DNA from: Octopus sinensis
Taxonomy: Eukaryota
Reading direction: 5' to 3'
Length of the DNA stretch: 61,272 bases
Assembly (NCBI RefSeq): GCF_006345805.1
Contig: NW_021832583.1
Location: 1-61,272 of the forward strand
This document shows, one piece after another, positions 1 through 12,125 of the stretch; the first letter of the stretch is position 1, and every line of letters begins with the position of its first letter. The translations under genes were made by a program, and so were the position numbers. The notes below the pieces were generated by a model, which saw only the letters and a list, made by a program, of their open reading frames with translations, did not search any database and was not told the DNA's origin.

Positions 1-329
1 ATGTATGTATATATATATATGTGGTGTGTGTGTTATTAAGACTTTTTCTCGCTAGATTGCGTATTCCGTTTCTGTTTTTTTCCTCTCTGTTTTGTTTTTT
101 TTATTTTTGATCTTCTATATAAATGAAAATATTTCCTCCGTCTGGCTGCTTTTCTCTCTACAAAACGATAAGTTACATAGCGAAACAGTCATTTTAACGA
201 GTTGTATTTATTTATCACCCTACGAGATACATCTGCACCACCGGATGCTCCTGAACCAGCTGTTGAGCGTCCCACACAGGAGGAATCGATGCTAGATGTG
301 TCAAAACAACTGTCGTGATAAATACTAAA

Positions 330-424
330 TTCGAGCGAGGTCGTTGCCAGTACCGCTGGACTGGCTCAGTCCTCAGTCAAATCGTCCAACCCATGCCAGC
401 ATGGAAAGCGGACGTTAAACGATG
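330..424 (+). mobile_element. 3' tail of SINE/LINE (ends AACCCATGCCAGCATGGAAAGCGGACGTTAAACGATGAT)
   Basis: Same terminal motif as 39300-39340; ends in ATG-type short repeat; 5' limit uncertain. Confidence 0.6.
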
Positions 425-463
<39 letters not shown>

Positions 464-665
464 TACATACATATATATGCATATACACACATGGATACAC
501 ATACACACGCATACATTATACTTACATACGTATATATATTCACTACGAGATATATTTACCCTCTTATAGGGATAGTTTCATTCAAGTTACACTTGTTTAA
601 TATATATTATATTGTTGAGAAATATCCCTTCAATATAAAAATAGGTATATTATAAATATCAAATA

Positions 666-776
666 TTATTAAGAAAATGAAGAGATTTAATGGATATAAA
701 TTACTTTATTAGCATTTTACAGAATGTTAATAACTTAATTTATATCTATTAAATCTCTCCATTTCTTACATAATAA
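666..776. repeat. Imperfect inverted repeat, about 45-bp arms, 18-nt spacer
   Basis: TAAGAAAATGAAGAGATTTAATGGATATAAATTA versus reverse complement TAAGAAATGGAGAGATTTAATAGATATAAATTA. Confidence 0.75.
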
Positions 777-1323
777 CATCACACACACACACACACACAC
801 ACACACATCACACACACATAAACACACACATATACACACAGGAGCATAGCTCATCCTCGATTTACATAATTTCGAATAATGTCGTTCTCAGCAAACATAT
901 TTAAAATAATAATTTAGAAAGGAACATTTAAAAGCCAATATCGAAGTGGAAATAAAACGAAATATGCGTGAAAATATGTCTAAACTGTGTTTATTTTAAA
1001 GCAGATATTTTAAAGCTAATGGATTTTGAGAAAGATTTTTCGTGTTAACGTTGTTTTTGAATTTTAAGTTGCATGCGTTGAAAGCAAATAGCGACGCAAG
1101 CTGAGGTATGTCAATGTATTTCGTTGTCACTACATTTTTGTTTTTATACATATAAACATACAGAATAAAACTATTTTTCGCTTGTTAAAATGTTTAAACT
1201 TGTTTTAATTACACAAATAAAATATATCTGAATATTTTTTTTAAAATGGCGCATTTTCAGCCTTTCCTCCGTAATTTTCATTCACACACACACACTCACA
1301 CACAAGTACGTACGTATGTATGT

Positions 1324-1750
1324 GGATCTTTTCGGTTTGAACGGCAGTTTTTAACATAATTTTCAGGTAACTAAAAAATTTGAATCTTCGTATACTGGTA
1401 GAATGTGTTTATAAAACATCCTTTTCTCTTGGCTTTATTGAGAAAATTCTATAGTTTGTGAGATATTTGTTGTATTTTTTCTTCAATTTCTGCAATTTCA
1501 ACCAATTACTGGCGTCTATTGAGGTAAAAAACATTCTGTGCCGTATGAATATGTCCCTCGTTTAAGAAACATATTGGGTTTATTTACATTTGTGAAGAAA
1601 AAAAAGATACCCTTCCCCCATCCCTAACCCTAGCTAACCCTAACCCTAAAACGGATTGAAATGCAATAGATCGATGCTAGGGTCATAATTATGGGTGACA
1701 ATTTCATATGACACCGCTAGAAAAAACTGCCGTTCAAACCGAAAAGATCC
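1324..1750. mobile_element. MITE, 427 bp, perfect 29-bp TIRs with GG...CC termini (Merlin-like by termini and TSD)
   Basis: GGATCTTTTCGGTTTGAACGGCAGTTTTT at 1324-1352 and its exact reverse complement ending at 1750; TATGTATGT on both flanks (ambiguous because it sits in a TATG microsatellite). Confidence 0.88.
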
Positions 1751-1756
1751 TATGTA

Positions 1757-1798
<42 letters not shown>

Positions 1799-1863
1799 AG
1801 TATGTATGTATGTATGTATGTATGTAATGTATGTATGTATGTATGTATGTATGTATGTATGTG

Positions 1864-2770
1864 CGAGGGGTAACCAAAGTAACCGGAAACGTTCTCTGAG
1901 GGACAAGCCCGTTGTAGTTCGAGCTCCAGCCTCTAGAAGCCACTTAATGCAACCCCCAGGCATCAGTATGCCGACCGGCGTCGTCGACTGCTTTTTCCCT
2001 GTTCGTCGAATTTTGCAATGGCTGAAACAAAGGAACAGCGTGCTTCGGTGAAATTCTGTTTTCTGCTGGGGAAAACGATAATCGAAACAGCTGTCACGCT
2101 TCTAACAGCTGACAAGACTGCTGCATGAGCAAAATACATGTTTACGAGTGGTTTTAACGCTTTAGGTATGGTCACTTGTTGCCTGGAGACCAATCTCGTT
2201 CAAGGCAACCGTAAACCTCCCGGACGAATGAAAATTCAATAATTCATCTTGGAAGACCATAACAGAATAATTGACGAACTAGTTGATATGACTGGTGTGT
2301 CCTGGAGCTCTTGACAACCAGTTTTGAGCGAGGAATTGTAAATGAAAAGAGTTGCAACAAAATTTGTGCTTCGATTTCTCATGAAAAATAAAAAAAAATC
2401 TGTAAATACGGAATTTACAGATATAGTTAAGTTAAGTTAATTTTTTGACTCAAAAAGCAAAAAGCAAGGCCATGTAGGGGGACATGGAGTTATTTATGTA
2501 CAGGGAGGGTGTTCATGCAAAGAGATTAGGCCATTTCTGGTCAGGAGAGACTTTGAACCGAGCGGTCGTCGGCATCTTCACTATCTCGTCCGGCAGCTTA
2601 TTCCACGGATCCGCAACCGGGACTGAGAAAGCCCCTCTCCTTCGATTGAGATGAAATCTTCGCAGATGGAGCTTTTCGGAGTGACCCCTGCTCTGGAGCA
2701 AGAGTGAAGAACAGCTCCTTCGAGAGGTTACACTTTCCGCTTATGATGTTGTGAGCGAGAATGAGATCAC

Positions 2771-2803
<33 letters not shown>

Positions 2804-2992
2804 ACGGAGGCGTTGAAAGACATCCCTTTGCAAAAGTTCCTGCATTACTGCATCGAACGGTGGAATAGGAGTCTGGGCCGATGCATTGCTTCAAATGGAG
2901 AATACTTTGAAGGCGATAAAAAGTGTAAATATATAAAACTAAGGGAACAAGATAATATTGCAAAACTCCGGTTTCTTTTTGACACCCACTCG
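1864..2992 (+). mobile_element. Decayed mariner element with central region missing and a CR1 fragment inside
   Basis: Degenerate TIRs (T[A/G]CGAG.GGGT...CAAA....ACCGG); N-terminus from 2018 MAETKEQRASVKFCFLLGK...KRVATKFVLR; C-terminus 2803-2925 ALKDIPLQKF...RCIASNGEYFEGDK. Confidence 0.88.
2425..2771 (-). mobile_element. CR1-type LINE 3' fragment (RT C-terminus plus 3' UTR, TTAAC tail)
   Basis: GDLILAHNIISG...RGHSEKLHLRRFHLNRRRGAFSVPVADPWNKLPDEIV matches the CR1 ORF2 end motif RGHSxKL...WNxLP. Confidence 0.82.
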
Positions 2993-2994
2993 TA

Positions 2995-3318
2995 TGTATG
3001 TATGTATGTATGTGTGTGTGTGTGTATGTGTTTATGTATGTATGTATGTATGTGTGTGTGTATGTGTGTATGTATGTATGTATGTATGTGTGTATGTATG
3101 TATGTGTGTATGTATGTATGTATGTATGTATGTATGTGTGTATGTATGTATGTATGTATGTGTTTATGTATGTATGTTTGTCTATGTGTATGTATGTATG
3201 TAGGTATATGTATGTATGTATGATGTATGTATGTACGTATGTATGTGTGTGTATGTATGTGTGTGTATGTATGTATGTATGTGTATGTAGTATGTATGTA
3301 TGTATGTATGTGTATGTA

Positions 3319-3349
<31 letters not shown>

Positions 3350-3730
3350 GTTTATGTATGTTGTAAGTGTGTATGTATGTATGTATGTAAGTGTGTATGT
3401 ATGTATGTATGTTGTATGTATGTATGTATGTATTATGTTGTATATGTATGTATGTATTTGTATGCTTGTGTATGTATGTATGTGTATGTATGTGATGTAT
3501 GTGTGTGTATGTATGTATGTATGTATGTATGTTGTATGTAGGTATGTATGTTATGTATGTATGTATGTATGTATGTGGTGTATATGTATTGTGTGTGTTT
3601 GTGTATGTTATGTATGTTAAGTGTGTATGTATGTATGTATGTACGTATGTATGTATTATGTATGTATGTATGTATGTGTGTATGTGTATGTGTGTATGTA
3701 TGTATGTTGTATGCGTGTTGTATGTATGTA

Positions 3731-3763
<33 letters not shown>

Positions 3764-3850
3764 ATGTATGTAAGTGTGTATGTATGTATGTATGTACGTA
3801 TGTATGTATGTATGTATGTATGTATGTATGTATGTATGTATGTATGTATG
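2995..3850. repeat. (TATG)n/(TG)n microsatellite
   Basis: Direct reading; source of the MYVC ORFs. Confidence 0.97.
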
Positions 3851-3965
3851 CAGGGTTCCGGTCCGGCTCTGCTCTAGCTCCTGGTTCATTGAATTACAAG
3901 AAACGAAAGAACAAGATTCAATAAATGTTAACATATTAGTGGGTGCGTTTAATAATACTATATTA

Positions 3966-3998
<33 letters not shown>

Positions 3999-4156
3999 AT
4001 ATATATATAATATATATATATATTATATCTATTATATATACTTATATGGTCAGTGAGAGAAACGAAAGATGGAAGATACGAGAATATTTATTGATCACTG
4101 TAATTGTTTCAACCCATCTAATATATACATATACATATATATACATACATACATGC

Positions 4157-4201
<45 letters not shown>

Positions 4202-4344
4202 TATCTATATATATATATATATATATATACATACATATACATATATTTATATATACATATATGTTTGTGTGTATATGTGTATGTATATATGTATGTGCGT
4301 ATATATATACATATACATACATAATACATACATATAATACGTAC

Positions 4345-4377
<33 letters not shown>

Positions 4378-4711
4378 ATGATAGGCTGATTGATTAATTC
4401 ATTTCTTGCCAATTACTGCATGGAACATCGATCGAGCCTCCACACATTTTGAACTGCGTCTAATATTTAATGTCTGCGGATTGGAGAAAACTGGAGACAT
4501 TGAGTTGCAATCTCCTGTGTTTTGGTCTGCAGATTTTGTTTCCAGCTGTTACACATTGTTTTATTGGCCGCTGAATTCTAAAAGCCACCTCTTTCATTTA
4601 GCATTTACGGAGGAGGTGAAGAAGTTGATTTAATCAATCCTTGTCTAAAGTTAAGTGGAAAACCAGAGAAGTGAAAAATCAACAATAAGATACTGAAGGA
4701 GAACGCAATCT

Positions 4712-5014
4712 TTTGTTCCTTCTCGAGCCATGCCTGGCTCACAAGGGCCGGTTTCCTCGGTTTCCTTGGCGTATAGGTTCCCTACCTGGACGGGACGCGG
4801 GTCCGTCGCAGGTGAGCTGCAAGATGCGGGAGGAAAGAGTGAGAGAAAGTTGTGGCGAAAGAGTCAGTAGAAGTTTCGCCATTACCCTCTGCCGGAGCCG
4901 CTTGTAGCTTAGGTGTTTCGTTCATAAACACACACATCGCCCGGTCTGCGATTCGAAGCCGCGATCCCTCGACCGCGTATCCGCTTCTCTAACCACTAGG
5001 CCATGTGCCTCCGC
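4712..5014 (-). mobile_element. tRNA-headed SINE family C, tail 1
   Basis: tRNA-like A/B-box head; 11-bp TSD GAACGCAATCT at 4701-4711 and 5015-5025. Confidence 0.9.
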
Positions 5015-5065
5015 GAACGCAATCTGCTCCTACTTCAATCATTTTTTTAAAAACCATTATAATAA

Positions 5066-5230
5066 TGTAAAGTATACTAGCCATCTCAATATGGCTAACC
5101 ACTAAGGGTGGGTGTTACTGTAGCTTTTTAGCCCCAGGAGATCATCGTCTCCAGCTGGCTTTAGACACACTTTCTGTACCCTTATGATATTTGCAAAGGG
5201 AGGTCATCCCCTCTCGTAAACCTAAGTGAT
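5066..5230. repeat. Unclassified interspersed repeat (also 5630-5697 and the arms of the 48890-49187 hairpin)
   Basis: Shared GCCAT.T.AATATGGCTAACC.CTAAGGGTGG...CTGTAG...GCCCCAGGA...CAGCTGGCT.TAGACACACT. Confidence 0.8.
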
Positions 5231-5274
5231 ACGCACGGACTGCAGTTTCGAGATTTTTGTCTCTTGTCAACGCA

Positions 5275-5490
5275 CGTTAGGACGCCGGGCGAAATGCGTA
5301 GCCGTATTTCGTCTGCGGTTACGTTCTGAGTTCAAATTCCGCCGAGGTCGACTTTGCCTTTCATTCTTTCGGGGTCGATAAATTCAGTACCAGTTACGCA
5401 TTGGGGTCGATGTAATCGACTTAATCCGCTTGTCTGTCCTTGTTTGTCCTCTCTGTGTTTAGCCCCTTGTGAGTAGTAAAGAAATAGGTA
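5275..5490 (+). mobile_element. SINE family A (young), one monomer ending at the multimer junction
   Basis: GTTCTGAGTTCAAATTCCGCCGAGGTCGACTTTGCCTTTCAT..TTTCGGGGTCGATAAA; central motif resembles the Deu/Nin domain (from memory). Confidence 0.9.
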
Positions 5491-5914
5491 ATCACCGGTT
5501 TTCGATGAGGAGAGACCTGTTTGCGAATTCTATTTAATGTTTTTCCCAGTAACCACTGTCACTGATTTCGAAAAACAGTCTGAAAGCAATAATAAATTTC
5601 TGAACGAGATGTAAACAGTAACCGCTCGACAACGTAAAGTATACTAGCCATCTCAATATGACTAACCACCAAGGGTGGTTGTTACTGTAGCTTTTTAAAT
5701 CTCGTTCAGTAGTCAATTACTTCGGGGTCCATAAAATAAGTACCAGTTAACCAAGTGGTCAACTCGTACTCATTTTATCTCTACTCCAAATGAATGAAAT
5801 ATAAAGTCGTCCTCGACAGGATTGGTCCACTAAATCCCCAAAAGGTAGAGCCTCAACATGGCTGCTGTCTAATGACTGAAACCGGTAAAAGATAGAAGAT
5901 GGAATCACCCGTCA

Positions 5915-6008
5915 CTGTGATTACCGTGACCGACCAGGCTATCAGATGTTGCTACACATCGCTGGTCACAATGCGCTTCGCATTGTTTTAGCCTAAGCGA
6001 GCAGGCCA
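5915..6008 (-). mobile_element. SINE 3' fragment (GCTAAAACAATGCGAAGCGCATTGTGACCAGCGATGTG...)
   Basis: Recognised as an octopus-type SINE tail; no second copy in the window. Confidence 0.45.
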
Positions 6009-6049
6009 AAAAGATGGAATATGAGTTAGGAAACCACAGAAAGATACAG

Positions 6050-6270
6050 ATAGACAAACAGACAGACAGATAAATGGATAGAGATAGGTAGATAGATATA
6101 GAGATAGATAGATAGATAGATAGATAGGTAGGTAGGTAGATAGGTAGATAGATAGGTAGGTACGTAGGTAGGTAGATAGATAGATAGATAGGTAGATAGA
6201 TAGGTTGATAGATAGATAGGTAGATAGATAGGTAGATAGATAGGTAGATAGATAGATAGATAGGTAGGTT

Positions 6271-6332
<62 letters not shown>

Positions 6333-6435
6333 TAGACAGACAGACAAATAGACAGACGGACAGACAGACAGATAGATAGACAGACAGACAAATAGACAGA
6401 CGGACAGACAGACAGATAGACAGACAGACAAATAG

Positions 6436-6484
<49 letters not shown>

Positions 6485-6520
6485 TAGATAGATAAATAGA
6501 TAGATAGATAGATAAATAGT

Positions 6521-6558
<38 letters not shown>

Positions 6559-6690
6559 TAGTGAGAGAGGGAGACAGAAAGAGGGAGGGAGAGAGAGAGA
6601 AAGAGGGAGAGACAGAATGGGTTTAGATAAAGAGAGAGAGACAGAGAGGGGGAGAGAAAGAAAGAGAGACAGAGAGCGGGAGAGAGAACG
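6050..6690. repeat. (GATA)n/(GACA)n/(GA)n compound microsatellite
   Basis: Direct reading. Confidence 0.95.
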
Positions 6691-6989
6691 CAGGAGATGT
6701 ATATGTACACGTATTGCAATTTCAGATATTCTCACGTAATGAACTGTTTCTATAGCATGAATCCGAGGCAGAGCCGGAATTTAATACAAAGACGCGCCGC
6801 TCCTTACTTTGGAATGACATCAAGCGAAGGCAGCAATTACTCTGCTTTTATGACACTGTTTTCAAATTTATTACAGGGCTGAATATACGGAATGTGGGTT
6901 TAATAGCGCCAAGCAAATAAAACAGGGGACAACTGATGAAGGGGATGAAGGGATTAATGCCACGCATCCATTTCCAAAGTTTTATCTTA

Positions 6990-7271
6990 ATGTAATATAT
7001 GTACATATATATATATATATATGTATGTATATATATATATATATATGTATGTGTGGTGTGTGTGTGTGTGTGTATATGTATATATATGTATGCTTGTATG
7101 TATGTATGTATATATAATATAATATATACATATACGTATATAATATAATACCTATATACAATATATATATATATATATATAATATATGTATAATATATGT
7201 CAAATATATATATATACAACATATATATACATATATATATACACACAATATATATATATGTGTACAATATA

Positions 7272-7318
<47 letters not shown>

Positions 7319-7432
7319 ATATATATACAATATACATATATGTATGTATACAATATATATATACATATACACAATATATATATATATACGTGTATATATA
7401 TATATTATATATATATATATATTATATATATG

Positions 7433-7471
<39 letters not shown>

Positions 7472-7475
7472 TATT

Positions 7476-7512
<37 letters not shown>
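6990..7512. repeat. (TA)n-rich microsatellite
   Basis: Direct reading. Confidence 0.95.
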
Positions 7513-7513
<1 letters not shown>

Positions 7514-8101
7514 TTTGTTGAAAGACGGTAGAAATTGCGTTGCTTGCCTAGCATGGAGATTGTAACGGTTTATTGAAGTAGACATGAATTAAATTCACAT
7601 TTTTCCATAATAAATTGAAAATTATTTACTTTTTACATTTAAAAAAAAAATGGATATTTAGTATTTCAATTCGGGTGCGCAGCGCTTACTTTTTACTTAA
7701 CCAAACGGCACGTTTCAGGTGGAGTTGTTAAAAATCGCATCGATCGATCGAGAAATGAAAGAACGGGTTGCGCAAAAATCTCACTTCAATCAGATAACAA
7801 ACAAACAAACAATAATAATAACAATAATTAAAGCCTAATGAAGCATGAATAATTCACTCATTTATTCTGTTTGCATAACTATTTGCGTGCCAGAATCCAC
7901 TTTGTGATGAGAAACAAGTCCCTGTTGCATGGAATGTCGAGTGACGCCCGTCTTATTGTATCGATTAATTGCCATCGGGAATGGCTATAATAGATCTTTC
8001 AAATAAAATCGATGAATACTTCGAATATTTCTACTTTCAATTATGACGCATAATAATGGATGCAGTGAGTAGAGTTTAATTTAGAATTTTAAATTCCAAA
8101 T

Positions 8102-8200
8102 CTATAAACAGCATTTTTCTCCAGTAAAGAGCATTTTTCTCCTATAAACAGCATTTTTCTCCAGTAAAGAGCATTTTTCTCCTATAAAGAGCATTTTTTC
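8102..8200. repeat. 20-bp minisatellite, 5 units alternating A-B-A-B-A'
   Basis: CTATAAACAGCATTTTTCTC / CAGTAAAGAGCATTTTTCTC. Confidence 0.9.
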
Positions 8201-8405
8201 CTCTCAATTCTCCAGTTAATCTTTTGTTTGTTCGATCGTTCATTTTATTAGTTTTTGATAATTCTTTAGGATTATTTTTTTTTCTTTGTTTTTAGTAAAA
8301 TTTTTGCCATATTGATTTTTGTGGAGTAGACACAAGTTGAGATTGAAAGTGAAAGTGATGTGATAAGGGGTAGGGGCTTCATTGTCAACTAGACCCCTGT
8401 ATATT

Positions 8406-8822
8406 GCGGCGAGCTGGCAGAATCGTTAGCACACCGGGCGAAATGCTTAGCGGTATTTCGTCTGCCGTTACGTTGTGAGTTCAAATTCCGCCGAGGTCGA
8501 CTTTGCCTTTCATCCTTTCGGGGTCGATAAATTAAGTACCAGTTACGCACTGGGGTCGATATAATCGACTTAATCCGTTTGTCTGTCCTTGTTTGTCCTC
8601 TCTGTGTTTAGCCCCTTGTGGGTAGTAAAGAAATAGGTATTTCGTCTGCCGCTACGTTCTGAGTTCAAATTCCGCCGAGGTCGACTCTGCCTTTCAACCT
8701 TTCGGGGTCGATAAATTAAGTACCAGTTACGCACCGGTGTCGATGTAATGTGGTGGCGACCCCATTTGTCTGTCCTTGTTTGTCCCCTCTATGTTTAGCC
8801 CCTTGTGGGTAGTAAAGAAATA
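8406..8822 (+). mobile_element. SINE family A dimer (184-bp period)
   Basis: Full head GGCGAGCTGGCAGAATCGTTAGC; GGTATTTCG at 8452 and 8636. Confidence 0.93.
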
Positions 8823-9227
8823 CTCTTTTTTCCTTGTTTCAGTCATTTGACTGCGGCCATGCTGGAGCAGCGCCTTTAGTCGAGTAAATCGACCCCAGGA
8901 CTTATTCTTTGTAAGCCTAGTACTTATTCTATCGGTATCTTTTGCCGAACCGCTATGTTACGGGGACGTAAACACACCCGCATCGGTTGTCAAGTGATGT
9001 TAGGGGAACAAACACAGATACACAAACATACACACACATACATACATACATATATACATATATACGACGGGCTTCTTCCAGTTTCCGTCTACCAAATCCA
9101 CTCACAAGGCTTTGGTCGACCCAAGGCTGTAGTAGAAGACACTTGCTCAAAGTGCCACGCAGTGGGACTGAACCCGGAACCATGTGGTTGGTAAGCAGGC
9201 TATTTACCACACAGCCTCCCCAACGCC
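8823..9227 (-). mobile_element. SINE family B (CORE-like motif, internal microsatellite)
   Basis: tRNA-like head, CCTTG(G/A)GCAAGTGTCTT CORE-like motif, tail GCAGTCAAATGACTGAAACAAG. Confidence 0.92.
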
Positions 9228-9557
9228 TATAAGTAATATTACAGATATTACTTATATTTCATCGGCCTTGAAGAAGTGAAAGACAAAGCCAACAGCTGTT
9301 GGGACACTAGTTATTACCGCAAGGCATATAATCAATTGCCTTATTCGACTTCAGAAGGATCCCTCATGCAGTTACTCAACTTGCTAGAAACAGAAACCAA
9401 ATTTTTATGTGAATCACATGCTGGCATCTTATAAAAGAAAATGCGGGAGGAAATTTCAACAATGTAATCCTCGAATGTTGGGATGTTCATGCATGGAACG
9501 CCTTTGATCATGGTTCTGCACTATCTTGGCTGCCACTGGACTTAAAGAACAACAGCA

Positions 9558-9928
9558 GGAAGCGCAATGGCCCAGTGGTTAGGGCAGGGGACTCGCGGTC
9601 GGAGGATCGCGGTTTCGATCCCCAAACCGGGCGTTGTGCATGTTTATTGAGCGAAAACACCTAAAGCTCCACGAGGCTCCGGCAGCGGGTGGTGGCGACC
9701 CCTGTTGTACGCTTTCTCTCCAACTTTCTCCCACTCTTTCTTCCTGTTTCTTGTCCCCGACTTCCTACACAACCGCTGAGCCTGGATGCGCATTCATCCA
9801 TCCGTCGATGATCTCGGTGTCGGGGGTTGACCTGCTTTCTCTTCTGTGGGTCTTACGAATAGCAAAGGACCACGTTTCGGACTTCTCCCACTAGGACGAA
9901 GACCGCTTCGTTCAACAGCAACAGCAAC
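9558..9928 (+). mobile_element. SINE family C, tail 3 (ends CAACAG repeats)
   Basis: Family C head; 12-bp TSD AGAACAACAGCA at 9546-9557 and 9929-9940. Confidence 0.9.
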
Positions 9929-10127
9929 AGAACAACAGCAACTCCCATAACTTTTACAAAAGCTACGTGTTTGTGGTACGACTGGTGTGATTAAATGGAG
10001 TTACTGTTTATATACAACTGTAAAAGAGTACTGGCCTTTAATGTAATATAGTAATCTGAGGTTTTGCGTGGGGTAGTCCCCACTCACTAAAACACTTAAT
10101 GTTGTTTCTCTCTCTATACATGTATAT

Positions 10128-10437
10128 GTGGAGGCGCAATGGCCCAGTGGTTAGGACAGCGGACTCGCGGTCGTAAGAACGCGGTTTCGATTCCCAGACT
10201 TGCTAGACCGGGCGTTGTGTGTGTTTATTGAGCGAAAACACTTAAAGCTCTACGAGGCTCCGGCAGGGGGTGGTGGCGACCCCTGTTGTACTCTTTCGCT
10301 CCAACTTTCTCTCACTCTTTCTTCCTGCTTCTTGGGTAACGCTGTGATGGACTGGCGCCCTGTCCAGCTGGAGGGAACACATACGCCACAGAAACCGGGC
10401 CCACGAGCCTGGCTAGGCTTGAAAAGGGCGCATAAAA
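10128..10437 (+). mobile_element. SINE family C, tail 2 (V-domain-like GATGGACTGGCG..CTGTCCAG)
   Basis: Homologous to 44687-45008 and 47407-47712. Confidence 0.9.
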
Positions 10438-10493
10438 AGAAAAATATAAATATATTAGGATTCTTTCTTGTTGTTCATTATTTATCATTTATT

Positions 10494-11043
10494 AAGGCGG
10501 TGAGATGGCAGATCCGTTAGCACGCTGGATTAATTGCATAGTGGCATGTCGTCCGTCTATACGATCTGAGTTCAAATTCCGCCGAGGTCAACTTTTCTTT
10601 CTATCATTTTGGGGCCGATAAATTAAATACCAGTGATACACTGGGATCAATGTAATCAACTATCCCCTCTCCCAAATTTTTATAAACCCTTGTTCCATTA
10701 GTAGAAAGGATTATTATTATTATCGTATATTTACTTATTTATTATCCCTTGTAAATAAGGCGATGACTTGTGGCATTTGTTTCATCGCTTTAAGTTCTGA
10801 GTTCAAATCCTACCGTGGTCGACTTTGCTTTTCATCTTTTCGGGGTCGATAAAATAAAGTGTCAGTCAAAGTTGCTGGCCTTGTGCCGAAATTAGAAAGG
10901 ATTATTGTTATTTATTTGCTAGTGTTCTTTGTAAATGAAGTGGTGACCTGGCAGGATTGTTGCAGCGTAGGACAAAACGTCATACGGTATTTATTCTACC
11001 CCGTTACGGTCTGAGTTCGAATCCAGCCATGGTCGACTTTGCC
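10494..11043 (+). mobile_element. Three head-to-tail decayed copies of older SINE A' (about 10494-10715, 10757-10900, 10935-11043)
   Basis: Repeated TCTGAGTTC(A/G)AAT.C..CC..GGTC.ACTTT motif; tail CCCCTC.CCAAATT..CCTTGT.CC. Confidence 0.8.
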
Positions 11044-11781
11044 AAAGAAAAAAACAATTAAAACACAAAGAGATGACAAAAGACTCCGTAAAGTCCCTTA
11101 AGAACACAACAACAGCCAAAGGGTACCTGCGATATCCTTCTTCACACCTAACAACAAACAATAACAGCGCAGAGAGTAGACTCAAAGGAGGACTCCACAG
11201 AAACAATAAAGAAAATAGACCAACCAAATCAATGAGTATCGATCAACATAAATCGAAACCGTTTCCATCAGTTAAGAATTTGATCTTTTGACCCTTTCTT
11301 GGCCCACTAATGCAGAAACTGAAAGTGTCGAGCTGCAACCCATTCGAAATGGAACTCAGAAAATAAAGACGGACTAAACGCCATTAAGCATTTTTTTCCG
11401 GCGTGCTAATGATTCTGTTAGCTCACCGACTTGCAATTAATAGTAATAATAATAATAATAAAAAAAGAACAATAGTCAAATTCGAACTTCGTTTTTGTCT
11501 AGGGAGGGTCATTACGCTAATATTATCATAACAACACACACACTGGTTCAATTCCACCTCTTTATTATTAGTCATTTGGTCAAACATTTATCCTGCTAAT
11601 TGATCGTTTGTTTAACTTGTTGGTTAAACAACCAATCATTTGTTTTCTTTTTTAAAATTTTATTCGTCAAAACTCTTTCGTTGCTGTTCGCAACCTTTTC
11701 GGTGACTTCTCTCTCGGTCCATTGCACACGCGGCCTCCGCAACGACTGTTTCAACAGTAAGTTAAACAAATGATCGATTCA

Positions 11782-12029
11782 CTTTCACTTTTGCTTGCTT
11801 CAGTCATTTGACTGCGGCCATGCTGGAGCATCGCCTTTAGTCGAGCAAATTGACCCCAGGTCTTATTCTTTGTAAGCCTAGTACTTATTCTATCGGACTC
11901 TTTTGCCGAACCGCTAATTAACGGGACATAAACACACCAGCATCAGTCGTCAAGCGATGTTGGGGGGGGGGGGACAAACACAGACACACAAACGCATACA
12001 CACACACACACATACATACACCACACAAC

Positions 12030-12064
<35 letters not shown>

Positions 12065-12067
12065 TAC

Positions 12068-12125
<58 letters not shown>

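Noticed and set aside
1622-1649. True telomere or chromosome-fusion scar
   Set aside because: Only about 4 imperfect units, inside a TIR-bounded MITE.
2399-2421. miR-10-like sequence or pre-miRNA
   Set aside because: Superficial similarity only (seed absent); a 9-bp hairpin is too short for a precursor.
2998-7565. MYVC, IYIY and LSIY type ORFs throughout the track
   Set aside because: Translations of TATG, TA and TATC microsatellites.
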